Part shown: piece by piece, positions 52,063 through 64,000 of the stretch | Numbering within the stretch: the stretch's first letter is position 1 | Layout of the letters: each line of letters opens with the position of its first letter | Assembly: GCA_021432655.1 (NCBI GenBank) | Contig: MU271268.1 | Span: forward strand, 1 to 64,000 | Source: Atractiella rhizophila | Taxonomy: Eukaryota | Direction of reading: 5' to 3' | Length of the DNA stretch: 64,000 bases | Program-made: the position numbers and the translations under genes | Notes under the pieces: model-generated | What the model was told of the DNA's origin: nothing | Database searches by the model: none | Seen by the model: the letters and a program-made list of their open reading frames with translations, nothing else

Positions 52063-52850
52063 ATGTTTGGAAACTATGTTCCCAAAGGAAAGAACTACTT
52101 CGGTGGCGTACGGCCTGTTTCCCTCCACCTGAGATACACTCACCATCCTGACTTTGTAGAAACGAGGTGACACAGGGAGCGTGTTCTCCAAACACAATCT
52201 CAAAGGCGTGCCGGCCAGCAAGAATACACAATGCCAGAAATGCGAGCAGTATGGGCATTTCACTTATCAATGCAACAGTACTGCGTGAGTTCTCCTCTCC
52301 GCTCACATTCCATTGTGGACAGTGGTTGATGATCTTGCCAGGCAATACAAACCACGTCCTAGTCGAACCCAACAACTTTTGAACCCAAAGGTCGCAAAGA
52401 CTACTCCGAGTGTCGAGCTTCCGGACGAGTTCAGAAACAAGTAAGTGTTTCTCAATGCAAAGGGTACGTTGGGTTGAAAGTACACTTTGTGTAGGACGGG
52501 AGTGGCGGACGAGATCCTGAAGGGGAAAGAAAAGGAACGGGAGGCACAGGAAAGTAAGAAACGAAAGAGGTGCGTCCTTGATTTGCAACTGCGTTCTTCG
52601 TCACTAATAACTAGTTTCTCACAGAGCTGATTTGTCCTCCTCCTCGTCCGACTCAGATTCCTCCGATTCCGATTCCGATTCCGATTCTGATGATTCTAGT
52701 GGATCCTCGAGCGATAGTGACAGTGACAGTGATTCCTCGGGCTCTCACTCTTCTTCCTCCGCCTCTCGTTCTAGAAGGGCAACTCGAAATCCTAGAAAGA
52801 GGCGTCGCAGTTCATCCTCTGCCAGTAGGCGGTCAAGATCGCCTTCTTAG
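52063..52850 (+). CDS. CCHC zinc-knuckle protein (ZCCHC10-like) with Ser/Asp- and Arg/Ser-rich tail
   Basis: TQCQKCEQYGHFTYQC, YKPRPSRTQQLLNP and SDSDSD repeats. Confidence 0.85.
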
Positions 52851-53277
52851 TGGTGATGTGGTTTGAGTGTTGGAGTGTGGCAAGGCTCCTCAACTTTGAA
52901 GCTGTGGAATCCTGACATTTACCTTTGGTCTGATTTGTGTTGATGATACTGTGTAATTGCATCTTTGTCCCGTTCTCCTTGACACGCAGTTAAGAAATCA
53001 GATCCAACCTTCTGTAACCTCCTCCACTTTCAGGTTGTTTTCAAGTCAGCTCGGTTCAAAGAAGGGGAAGGTGGTGCAGAACAGTGTGCGAAGAAGCGTG
53101 CGCTGTGTTGTGGCTCGTCGCGGGAGCGTGTGGGAATGCTCAACTGGTACCAAGACAAAGTTTGGTAGCAATGAGCGCAGCGCCTTCGCCCGTCCAATAG
53201 CGCCCTCCTGCGCCAGAAAAAATTTCTCCACAACAAACTTGAACCAGAACGCGACGACTCCTTTTTATTCTTTTGTG

Positions 53278-53838
53278 ATGGGCCGCCTGAATTTATCGGA
53301 TTTGGAAGATGGAGATATTGAGCGAGACGACCTTCGGCGACAAGCAGCTGAAGCGGAGCGTCCCGACTCCTCAGATTCAGACCTTGACCTTGACGCACAG
53401 CTGCACAAGATCCGGTTTGGAGGAAATGCATCTTCCAATCCCACTCCCACTCCCACTGCGTCCACTTCCGATTCCGCTGGTGCTTCAGCAGCTTCAGCCT
53501 CGGCGTCACAAGTGGATGCCCCGACAGATATGCAGAAACGTCCTGGCCCAGGAAAGTGGTTGGAGGGAAACAAGATGCGTCCTTCCCGCCCTTTGAAGCG
53601 GCCGAAAGGAGTCATTCCTCCGCGGATGGAGACGGAGGAGGAGAGGAGGGAGGGAGAGGAGGGAGAGGTCGAAAAGTTTAGGAGCGATATGAAGGCCGCT
53701 GCGGAGGCTGGCAGATTGAAGAGCTCAAACATGGCGATGGATGTTGTGAGCGAGGGAGTGGGCAGGAGCGTGAATGCGGGGATTGATGATTTTGTGCCGG
53801 AAGAAGAGAGCGACGATGATGCGACGAAGGAAGGTTAA
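53278..53838 (+). CDS. Low-complexity hypothetical protein (~186 aa); probable snoRNA host gene
   Basis: Open frame from ATG 53278 with charged composition. A 3'-UTR intron (53864-54066) contains a snoRNA. Confidence 0.7.
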   Translation: MGRLNLSDLEDGDIERDDLRRQAAEAERPDSSDSDLDLDAQLHKIRFGGNASSNPTPTPTASTSDSAGASAASASASQVDAPTDMQKRPGPGKWLEGNKMRPSRPLKRPKGVIPPRMETEEERREGEEGEVEKFRSDMKAAAEAGRLKSSNMAMDVVSEGVGRSVNAGIDDFVPEEESDDDATKEG

Positions 53839-53899
53839 TGTGTCTTTGTACCGTTTGGTAACGGTGAGCATTCTCTTCTATTTCTTCCATACAAATGGT

Positions 53900-54014
53900 G
53901 TGGTGGTGGGTCGCGAATGATGAACTTGGATATCAAAGTGGAATCTCGTTTGTCTGATTGATATTTGACGATAATGTATCCATAAAAATTCTTCTGATGC
54001 GCACCTACCACCAC
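53900..54014 (+). ncRNA. Box C/D snoRNA, U30/SNORD30-like (copy 1)
   Basis: C box ATGATGA 53917, D' CTGA 53954, C' TTGACGA 53965, D CTGA 53994. Terminal stem GTGGTGGTGGGT/ACCTACCACCAC. Guide GGAATCTCGTT is complementary to LSU rRNA AACGAGAUUCC. Confidence 0.88.
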
Positions 54015-54612
54015 GACCAGAGGGAAAAAGGAATGGTGCTGATGCTGACGGTTTTTTTTTACACAGTGTTCCCATACCACTTCAGCAACAAAGGATGTAC
54101 TAGTAGTTGCCTGTCATTAACTCACTTGTGATTTCTGTACCACCGAAAATGTATTTCTAGGGAAACACAATTAATTCAAATACCTTGCCTACACAGTGAT
54201 CCGTGAACATTCCATCGCCTGTCGCTCTGAAACCTCAAGCCTTCTTTATGCCTCTACTTCTACTACGCTTCAACTCCAACTATTTAAATCCCGCTCTATG
54301 TCCGCTTCCGCTTTGATTTTCCAAATGCGGACTACTCACCCGCCTCCGACTACATTTTCGGCCCGTCCCGACAGAACCGAAAGAACACCGACAACAACTT
54401 TTGTATAGCTGAGCGGGGGTTTAAGACTGATTAGAAAGGCATACGCATTGTACGGTGAAATTAAGTGGGTGTACGTTGTATCAGCGTTATATTATTAGCG
54501 AGACGTCTTTAAAGTCTTTACGCGGTGCGTTTTCTTCATCACTGGTGCAAGGGTCGAGCGGTTGAGGCATAAGTGAGCGTAGAATCTTTATTGCGAAAAA
54601 AAAAAAAAAAAA

Positions 54613-54727
54613 GTGGTGGTGGGTCGCGAATGATGAACTTGGATATCAAAGTGGAATCTCGTTTGTCTGATTGATATTTGACGATAATGTATCCATCAAA
54701 AATTCTTCTGATGTTACCCACTACCAC
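54613..54727 (+). ncRNA. Box C/D snoRNA, U30/SNORD30-like (copy 2)
   Basis: Same boxes (C 54630, D' 54667, D 54708) and guide as copy 1. The stem is kept with a different 3' arm, ACCCACTACCAC. Confidence 0.85.
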
Positions 54728-55303
54728 GACAAAAACGAATGGTGCTGATGCTGACGGTTTTTTTACACAGTGTTCCCATACCAGTTCAGCAACAAAGGAT
54801 GTACTCGTAGTTCTATCATTAACTCACTTGTGATTTCTGTACCACCGAAAATGTATTTCTAGGGAAACACAATTAATTCAAAGACCTTGCCTACACAGTG
54901 ATCCGTGAACATTCCATCGCCCGTCGCTTTGAAAGCTCAAGCCTTCTTTATGCCCATACTTCTACGCTTCAATCAGGGCCGACTATTTAAATCCCGCTCT
55001 ATGTCCGTTTCCGCTTTGGTTTTCCAAATGCGGACTACTTACCCGCCTCCGACTACATTTATCGGCCCGCCCCGACAGAACCGACAGAACACCAACTTTT
55101 TGTTTCGCTTTGCAGGGGTTTAAGACTGATTAGAAAGGCATACGCATTGTACGGTGGGATTAAGTGGGTGTATTTTATATCAGCGTTATATTATTAGCGA
55201 GACGTCTTTAAGGTCTTTAAACCGTGCGTTTTCTTCATCACGAATGCGAGGGTCGAGCGGTTGAGGCATAAGTGAGCGTAGAATCTTCATTGCGATTGCA
55301 GAC

Positions 55304-57542
55304 ATGCTTCAATCTTCCCGCACTGGGTTGCGCTCTGCCACGTGCACTGCCAACCCGCCCATCCCAGTCGTCCTCCGTCCCAAACGGCGCAACATCTCAC
55401 GCTCCTCCACACTGCTCACTCCTGACCTTCTCCCTTCTGCGCCTCTCTCCGACGTATCCCACGCGCCGCCTCCAATCATAATGTCTACGCCACAGACGGT
55501 GCGTGTCTTTTGGTTGGAGCCTTGTTCTGTCAAAGTCTAAGGTGGATGTAGAGCCTCCGCCCACATAGAAGGCAAACGAGGGTCCTGCCACCGCTCGCGC
55601 GGAAGAACCTGCTTACCAAGAGCGACTTGAGGGATTTTGCCTTCTCGAAAACACGGCCTCTCGAATCTTTCATCCTTCAGTCGACGACCAGTGTCGGAAG
55701 CACGAGCGCACGCCGTGAGGAAGCTTTTGCTTCTCTTGTACAGTCCTCCTCAGAGCGTAGCTCCCCGTCGCAGAGAACTCCACCCAATCATCTTCGACGC
55801 ACTGGCGACAACACAGGCCTCCGTTCAACTCATGCATCACCGACATCCAACCCGATCGGGACGAGTTCTACATCTTTTCCTCCGCGCGGGGTTTCAACCT
55901 ACGGAGATTCGCATTCCAAGAATTCACTCTCAGGCTTGAATGTTGGCGGATCTTCGAGTTTGTCTCCGTCGGCGGAGCAAGGGCCACGGTCCGATGACGC
56001 ACTTATTTCAAGTAACGATATTCCAACAACAAGATCTTTTAAAGACTACTGGAAGAATCGTCTGCAGGTCAACAGATATGAGGACGCCTTTGCTTCCCTG
56101 TCTCAATCGACGCCCAAACTCTCCAAGCCATCGCAAACTGAGTGCCCACCAATCATCCTAACTTCTGGCCCTGGATCGAGGACATCCTCGCGGCCGCCAC
56201 TGAGGTCCTCTTCGAGTCGCACCGACATTCCACCACGACTCTTGAAAGAGGAGCCGAAAGTTGGTGGCTTCGAGAATCCTGTTCATACCAACGAAGATAG
56301 TCAGCGAGCAGAACGACAGAAAGAGGCCCTTGCTACGATCGTCAAGTCGGCGGTCAAACGACCACGGCCGTCTCCCTTAGTTCCCCCCCCTACTACCTCA
56401 ACGTCGTCCCTCCCATCGAAGTTGCCCATCTCGAATCCCTCAACCAACTCGGACTCTCTCACTCCTCCGTCAATACCGCTCCCTCATTCTGACCCTGAAG
56501 CAGGGGAAGGAGAAGTCGCCTTCGTTTATCGACCTCCATCACGTTCCCAATCTTCACGGTTCGTCGACACTCGTCCGAAAACAACAAAAGAATTTCAGGA
56601 CGCTCTGAAAGCGATAGAATCCAGCTCGCACGCATCGACTTTCGATCCTTCCGACCGACTCTACCGAGACCTTCGCAAATACCTCCAGAACTACGTCACG
56701 CACCTACTCGACGGCGGATACGCTCGAGAAGCCGTCGACATCGACGCCACATTCTTCGGTCCCATCTCCTCTTCCTCGCCCGCCTTCCCCAACATACGGT
56801 TGAAGCGCGACCCCGCGTTTTGGGCGACGGCCTTGAAAGCTTTGTGCGAAGCGAACTCTCCAGAATACAAGAGACGACATTTCCCTTCCGAACTGTCCAA
56901 TAGGGAAATCGCGCTCCCCATATCGTTTCCGGAGTTCGAAATGGCCTTGAGACGTGTGGCGGCGGATGGGGTGATCACGAACGAATGGTTCCTCAAGTTC
57001 TTGATGGCCACCATCAAATCGATCATCTCCGAGATCCAGCGCGTCGTATACTCTCCGGCCCCGAGCGAGGTGAGAGAGCTGGTGAGGGAGGAACAGCTGA
57101 CGCCTTACGAGGAACTTTTGAATAACCTCCAGAACCGTTTTTCGGAGGTCAAGAGGAAGGTTCATGAACATCGACGGGTGAGACAACATAAATCCTGGTT
57201 GCGCTCCTTTTCTAAGGCACAGTTTGAGCGCAAAGCATTGCCTTGGGACAAAACGGTACGCCGAACAACGTCTCGTCCAGAGCGACCTGTGACAACGTAG
57301 ATTCCAATGAAGCGGATGGAACATTGTGCGCTGGTATTGGGGAAGGGAAAGTCACTACTCTCAACCGCATTCTGGATTGCCTTGAGCAAATGGAACAACG
57401 ATCTCGAGACTTACTTCGCAAAGCTGCCGATGTCGATGTCGTGGACAAGGTAATCGCCATCGCCATCAAGGACGATAGGAGTGGGAGGGCAATTATCTTG
57501 AGACTCAGAGGGATTCAATCTCTCTTAAGCTTATCAATGTAG
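55304..57542 (+). CDS. Hypothetical protein (Ser/Pro-rich N-terminus, helical C-terminus)
   Basis: The 557-aa ORF joins in frame to an upstream exon through intron ~55499-55550. The start and 3' exons are uncertain. Confidence 0.65.
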
Positions 57543-57735
57543 CGCATATAATACTGCCTCAATACTATTGACATCTCTCCAACATAATATCTGCATATAT
57601 TTCGCTTCTCTGAGTGAGTTTGTTTCATTTGCCTCCCATTGTTTGCATGTGATTGTACCGCATTCTTCAGTTCGAAAATTTTGTTATCTCGCAGTCCAGA
57701 GAAAACCTCTCCCCTCTCCCGTGGAATAGACATCA

Positions 57736-60700
57736 ATGTCAGAAATGGAAGGAGAAGAGTTGGATATACTGCCTGCACGAGCTACGAAAGTCTCGAAGCG
57801 TCAACGGAAGGCTGATGAGCTCAAGGAGAGGAAGGAAAAGAAGGAGATGTCCAAGAAGAGGAAGCGGAAACTGGAGAAGTATATAGACTCGAAGCTCAAG
57901 AAGGAGGAGCGTAAAGAGTTGCTCGGAAAGCTCGCGTAAGTGTTCTTTTGATTTGATGGCGGGTTTTTGTGGTTCAGTACGATCGAAGCGACACTGGCAT
58001 GTTTATATGATCCTCTATACTCAAAGCAGCCACAGGGTCTAATATTCTTGAGTGGATATTCGTTCTTCGATATAGTATTTGTCTATTTACTTGTCAGCTA
58101 CAGCCCACTCACGTTGACTGACGAGGTGGCTTTCTGCGTATTTAGAACTTCATCTTTGGATCCCACTTCGAAGGAATCACTTTCCTTGATCTCAAGTGCG
58201 ACCTTGGGCTCACGCAAACTTCTCACAAATGCTCAACGGTTAAACGACATCGATCAAAAAAAGCAGACCGTCCGGGATGAACGAAGAGCGAGGAAGAGAC
58301 GAAAACTGAATCATGAAGGAGAGGGAGATGACGAGAGCGAAGATGAAGAAATGAAGGTCAATGAGGATGGGACAAATAAACTTCAGCTAGGAAAGGATAC
58401 GGTAGAGGTGAAACCTACTGCTTTTGGAGGAGCTTTGAAAGACGGCGTAAAACCTGTCATTGTAGTTCGGACTCGACAGAAGGTTTGTGATGCATCTTCT
58501 TTTGGAGTGAGAGTTGATGGAAGCACTAGAGACAACCCGTCCAACCTCCGTCTGAGGAATCTTCCTTTGATTCATCAGCATCTTCAAATGATTCCCCTTC
58601 ACCCGACTCCTCCGATGCAGAGGCAGACTTGCCCATACCTCACAAAACCTCCGAATTGTCGCATGCTAAAGGTTCCTTTCGCGAATGGGCCGAACAACAA
58701 GTGCGCAACATGACCTCGACCAACGACGCGACGACCACGACAGGAGAAACGCTGTCAGTTCCCCAGTTCCAATCACGACCGGAAGGCATGACGTTTTACC
58801 ACGAGACTCTGCCATCCATCATCAAAGGTCCTTTAGGAGAAGAAATAATTGTACCTCACGACGAGCTTCCTCAACAGAATTTCACCCCTATCCTACTATC
58901 TCGCCCACCAGATCTGCCTAAGCTACCCATTGAGGAACTCGAGCACGAGATCATGTCCACGATTCGTTCCAACGTAACGACAGTGATTGTAGGGGAGACA
59001 GGGTGTGGAAAGACGACGCGTCTCCCTTCAATGCTCTATGAGTACGGATGGGGAAACCCCTCAAGCGAGAACCCAGGAATCATCGGCGTCACACAGCCGA
59101 GGAGAGTTGCCGCTATGTCCCTGGCTCAGCGAGTGGCATGGGAGATGGGACTGAAGAGTCCTGAAATCGCGTATTCTGTGCGATATGATACAAAAGCAAG
59201 CAAGGCCACCAAGGTTCAGTTTATGACCGACGGCGTTCTTCTGCGAGAATTAGGGGACGATTTTCTGCTCAAGCGGTACAGTGCGATTGTGGTGGATGAG
59301 GCCCACGAGAGAAGCGTTAACACGGACGTTCTTCTCGGCGTGTTGGGGCGTGTTGCTAAATTGCGAGAAAAGCAATGGCGGAAGGAGTTAGAGAAAGGCG
59401 ACAACGCAGATCTCAAGAACATTTATCCCCTTCGGCTTGTCATCATGTCCGCAACTCTACGACTGGCTGATTTTCTTGAGAACAAGCATCTCTTCCCTAT
59501 CAGGCCGCCGTGCGTCGAGATCCCAGGAAGGGCGCATCCTGTCACAAACCACTATTCCAAGAAGACGTCTCCAGACTATGTTCAAGACGTCTACAACAAG
59601 GTGTGCAAGATTCACGTTAAGCTGCCGCCAGGAGGAGTGCTTGCCTTTTTGACGGGAAAGGACGAAATCAACTCTGTTTGCAGGAAGTTGGAAAAGAGGT
59701 TTGGTGTTAAAGCTTTTGAGCGAAGAAAGAAGGAGAGAGAGATGGCGAGAAAGCGCCCTCGGGAGGACAAGGAGGAGGAGAAAGAAGATGAGGTACTAAA
59801 CGGATTATTGGCCAATGAAGTCTTGGAAGCGGAGAACGTTGATCTTGGTCTAGGAAGGATGGATCATTTCGATGCAGATGTTGATGAGAATGCCGAACTT
59901 GAGCCACAAGAGCTGGATTTGGATGAGGACGAGGACGAGGATCAGCTCATAGGCCTGGAGGATGAGTCTCAAGGTGCATTCCCAACCTTGCATAAGTAAA
60001 CCTCCTGACTGGGGCCCAGAGCCTATGTATATTCTTCCCCTCTACGCACTGCTTCCACCGGAGAAACAGCTACAAATATTCTCTCCGCCACCACCTGGTA
60101 CCAGGCTCGTGGTCATCGCCACGAATGTCGCCGAAACATCTCTTACTATCCCTAACATTCGATACGTCGTCGACTCGGGACGTGTGAAGGAACGGCACTT
60201 TGATCCTATCAGTGGTATACAATCGTTTCAAGTCTCCTGGATCTCGAAAGCTGCAGCGGCGCAAAGAGCAGGGCGAGCAGGACGAACGGGACCAGGACAT
60301 TGTTATCGCAGCTATTCGTCAGCAGTCTTCGACCAGTTCTTTGCTGAGCACTCACAGCCAGAGATACTGCGCATGCCTATTGAAGGCATTGTTATGCAGA
60401 TGAAGAGTATGAACATCGACAACGTCGCTAACTTCCCATTTCCCACTCCGCCAGATCGGACACGTCTTCAGCAAGCTGAGGAGCTCCTCACGCACTTGGG
60501 AGCTATCACTCAGACACCCTCTAATAACAAGAGACCTAGCGTCATAACCGATCTTGGAAGAGCCATGGCCGCCTTTCCTCTCAATCCTAGGTACTCCAAA
60601 ATGCTCGTCACTGGTCAACAACACGGATGCTTGCCGTATGTCATCTGTATGGTGGCTGGATTGAGCGTTGGCGATCCATTTGTTCGAGATTCCGACGCTG

Positions 60701-61705
60701 GAGAGCAAAATGTGGAAGTAGAAGAGAGAGCAGAAGCTCAGCACATCAAGAGCGAGGACCTTAAGAGAAGGGAGGCAGAAAAGTCAAAACGCAAAGCATA
60801 TTTCGAAGCTCAACAGGTTAGTGGCTGCGAAGGTCGAGTCATTCATGTTAACAATGGTGTAGACGTTTTCTTCTCTTGGAGGAGGTGTTAGCGACGTGTT
60901 CAAGATTCTGGCAGTCGTTGGGGCTTACGAGTATGATGGAGGCAGCTCCACATTTTGTACAAAGAATTTCGTCATGCCAAAGGTAACCTCTCGTCTTTGT
61001 TTATGGCACATGGGATGACCAAATACCAGGCAATGGAAGAGATTCACAAACTTCGAGGGCAACTCACGCGAATCGTCGCAGGAATGTATCCCAAAATGCT
61101 GTCAATTTTCGAGGCAAAGCTAAAGCCTCCGTCTGAACTTCAGGTATTGCAAGAGTTCCATTCTTAATCGTCAAGCTCACTGTGCTGGATAGCTCAAAGT
61201 CCTGCGCCAGCTTATTACTGCCTCCTTTGTCGACAGCGTTGCGATTCGACTAGATCTTCTGGACAAAGTTCCTCAGGCTAACCAACAGCGTCTCGTACCT
61301 TATCGAGCCCTCGGAGTCGATGAGGACGTGTTCATCCACCACACGTCTGTGCTCTCCCACTCACCTCCCGATTTCCTGGTTTATCAAGAGCTCTTTCGGT
61401 CTTCTCGTGTTTGGTTGAAACGTGAGAATATGTTTCTGTATTGCACACCATTTATTGATGGCGTTACAGATAACACGAAAATTAATGCAGCCTGGTTGCC
61501 CATCCTCGGCAAATCCTTGTGCACCTTCTCGAAACCAGTAGAAGATCCGCTGGTAACTGCAAAGTACCTTAAGGGCTCAACAAGCAAAGATCCCAACGAG
61601 CGCGACTGCATGGTGATCCCCAAATTCGGACCAGGTCTCGGTGTCGAACTCCCCCTTGTCAAAGTGAAGCAAAAGCGAGTGGGCAACAAGTGGGTCTTTG
61701 TCTGA
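57736..61705 (+). CDS. DHR1: DEAH-box RNA helicase Dhr1/Ecm16 (DHX37)
   Basis: [14 protein letters not shown]-terminus, [59 protein letters not shown] and NFPFPTPP. Confidence 0.95.
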
Positions 61706-61709
61706 AGGA

Positions 61710-64000
61710 TTAGGCGGTATTGGAGAAGGAGATTCTGCGCATGCGATTGAGCGCCATGCAGACCTCGATCCCTCTGCAATACGCTGCCGTTCCATGACTG
61801 TACGAATTGGTTGGCGTTACACCATCCAACCCATCGCTTGCCACTTTATCATCGTACAGCTGAACAAGATCCCGCATGCTCAACTGCCGGTTCATGCTCA
61901 AGAACCAGGAGAAGGCGTCCACGATGTTTCGGGTCTGGGAAGGAGAAACCAACTGCTCTAAACCTGCCAGGTCCAGCAGTTCGTTCCCCATCTGAACGCC
62001 TCTGAGGCTCTTCACGGCTGTCTTCTCAGAGAGGATCTGAGCATCCACAACTGGGAACCGCTGCTTTACTGTGCCAAAGGTGGAATCTGCAAGCATGTTA
62101 GCGCTGATGTTGATTCAAAGGTGGGAAGAGTGAATCGCACGTTCTTCGAGCAAATTCGACGATGGTTCCTCCTGAGATATCTTCCGTGCCAGCTCCGTCT
62201 CATCCCTGAACCCTAATTTAGCCATCTGTACCTGAGAGCGAAAGTCACAACCCACAATACTTCGTAGTTCTTCATGACAAGGCAAAGATCGGCGACGTCC
62301 ATATAATCCCCACAACCTCCAATGACAAGAACGCAGCTCACTCCATGCTCCTTGAACAATGCTCGGACCTTTCACAACGAAGCGTCATAACTCTGATCCA
62401 GAACAGAGAAGCTAGCAGAACATACCTTGAAAATGAGCGCCACGATGGGTTCTACAATTCGATAAACGGAGTGAGGGAACAGATGTAGGGAAAGATACCA
62501 GCATCTGAAGATATTAATTTCTGCATTCGACGATCACCTATCCATCAGAATAAAGTCAAATTATCTTTCAGGTCTAAGGAGGTGGGACGAACGAATCAAA
62601 AAGTTAGTAGCCGCCGTGTCCTCATCCAAGCAAATACACGTTGCACCAACCTCGATACCTGCATTTCCTCGTCGCATCAGCTCCCTCCTGGATCCTGCAA
62701 CGAATGCCCACACCTTCGATCACAGAGGCGCTCATAGAAGTCGAGCCTGAAGCATCCTCGGTCGAGAAGTTTTCGGTGACCGTTCCGCCAGGTAGGTGGC
62801 GTATGAAAGGGGATATGTCAACCGTATGAATCATCCTCCCGTCTTCCACCTTGACGTGTACAGTGTTTGGATCGGTGACCACCAGCTCCCTTCCGTCCCC
62901 TGGTATATGGTTGTAGATTCCCGTGCTGATGGCTGACAGCAAAGTCGACTTCCCCTATAGGCGCCAATCACATCGAATCCATCGAACTGATGATGGAAAG
63001 CAAAGAGTGCCTACGTGGAATCCACCACCTGCAATCATCGTGACACCTTTCTTGATGCCCATCCCTTGGACTGTCCCGCGGTGGGGAAGAACGAGCGTGA
63101 GCTGGAGAGAAGGGGGGGATTTGAAGGGCATGAGGGATGGGGAGGACATGGGTTGGTCTGAATTGCCCGCTTTGCGAGGGAGGATGGAACCATTGGCTAT
63201 GAAGCACACTAAACCTGCAACCGATAGTCAAAACACAAAGGGGGGGTATGTATATTAGGAAGGAGGGCACGGACCTTGTCGCACGGTTTCAGAACGTAGG
63301 ACTTCTTGGTCCTCTATGGCGTCAACAAATGCTTCCACGCTTCTTTGGTCTTGATTCTCCCAAGCGATGGCCGCCACGAGGCTGGGGACTCTATCCTTGA
63401 AGAGTGCCGCTTCAAGCAGGCAAAGACTATGTTAGCCATTCGACGGAGAAGATGCCCAGAAGTAGAACGGAGCGTACCTGCTTCCCTTCCCAAAATGCTC
63501 CGTCCTGCGGCAGGTAGGTTGATTGTGCACCTGATCACTACGTGTCCTCTTTCTAGGTCGATCGTGCACGCCGTCCTCTCCAGCACCTGTTGACCGGGAA
63601 CGTCGACACCTACGTCACCTCCTTTCTTGCCTCCCCATCCTCCGCCGCCGTGAGAAGAAGATTGATGGCTCTGATTCCACCCCTCTGAAGTACAGGTGCC
63701 ATGAAAAACGCGGAGGATGTAGTCCTGTAAAGCGATGCGTCGCACCCGGACTTGGTAGAGCGAAGCGGGGTAAGCGTTCGGTATTAAGATTGTGAATTTT
63801 GATGGCGGAGCATAAGGGTCTTCAGAGCTCCGCTGTCAGCAAGGAATTATCGAATATTTGGTGCCAACACACCCGACTGTGCCCGAACGAAGGAAAGGAT
63901 GTAGTTTGGGTCAGCGAATGCCCAGTCCCCTAGAGAATCCTGGAGTTTAAGGCCAGTCGAAGGCGAGAGAGAGCAGCGGACCGTGCAAATCCTTATATGA
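61710..64000 (-). CDS. ABC-class ATPase (PF09818 / MRB1590-like), 5' end outside the window
   Basis: SYKDL, QSDPYAPPS, PGQQVLERTA, LPAAGRSI, GGGFH|GKSTLL (split by an intron), YNHIPGDGRE, EDGR, DISPFI, TEDASGSTS and DEDTAATNF. Confidence 0.9.

Larger units (their letters stand above)
53900..55295. repeat. ~0.7-kb tandem duplication (53900-54596 / 54613-55295) joined by an A17 tract
   Basis: Colinear similarity from GTGGTGGTGGGTCGCGAATG to GTAGAATCTT(T/C)ATTGCGA. Confidence 0.95.

Noticed and set aside
53900..54727. Minus-strand Pol III or Sm snRNA reading (T17 after a stem, AATTTTTATGG)
   Set aside because: Plus-strand C/D boxes, the rRNA guide and the intron context explain the sequence better.
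63860..64000. 5S rRNA or tRNA-like sequence
   Set aside because: Explained as exons and introns of the minus-strand ATPase. No tRNA or rRNA gene was recognised in the window.

Overview
Intron-rich fungal nuclear DNA. The short ~50-nt introns, relaxed donors (GTTCGT/GTCCGT) and DUF6533-type genes fit a basidiomycete, possibly Pucciniomycotina (inferred only). The left third (1-21.5 kb) is accessory. It has repeat/TE debris and a birth-and-death cluster of five paralogous 7-TM GPCR-like (DUF6533-type) genes: four apparently intact, one truncated pseudogene, one of the intact copies inverted. These paralogues show patchwork similarity and share promoter motifs, and three damaged nucleotide-sugar transporter copies lie among them. 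The rest is gene-dense: BTB protein, Eaf7-like fragment, secreted alpha/beta hydrolase, F-box protein, a coiled-coil hypothetical, histidine phosphatase, ArgE/DapE-type M20 enzyme, RNR1, EF-hand-bearing mitochondrial glycerol-3-P dehydrogenase, C2H2 transcription factor, hotdog thioesterase, zinc-knuckle protein, two hypotheticals, DHR1 helicase and an ABC-class (PF09818-like) ATPase running off the end. Three 0.7-1.1 kb tandem duplications stand out. One copies the RNR1/GUT2 bidirectional promoter, including a 4-nt RNR1 microexon. Another copies an intronic U30-like C/D snoRNA and appears to build a new non-coding host unit. All exon structures and family calls were made by eye, without searches.
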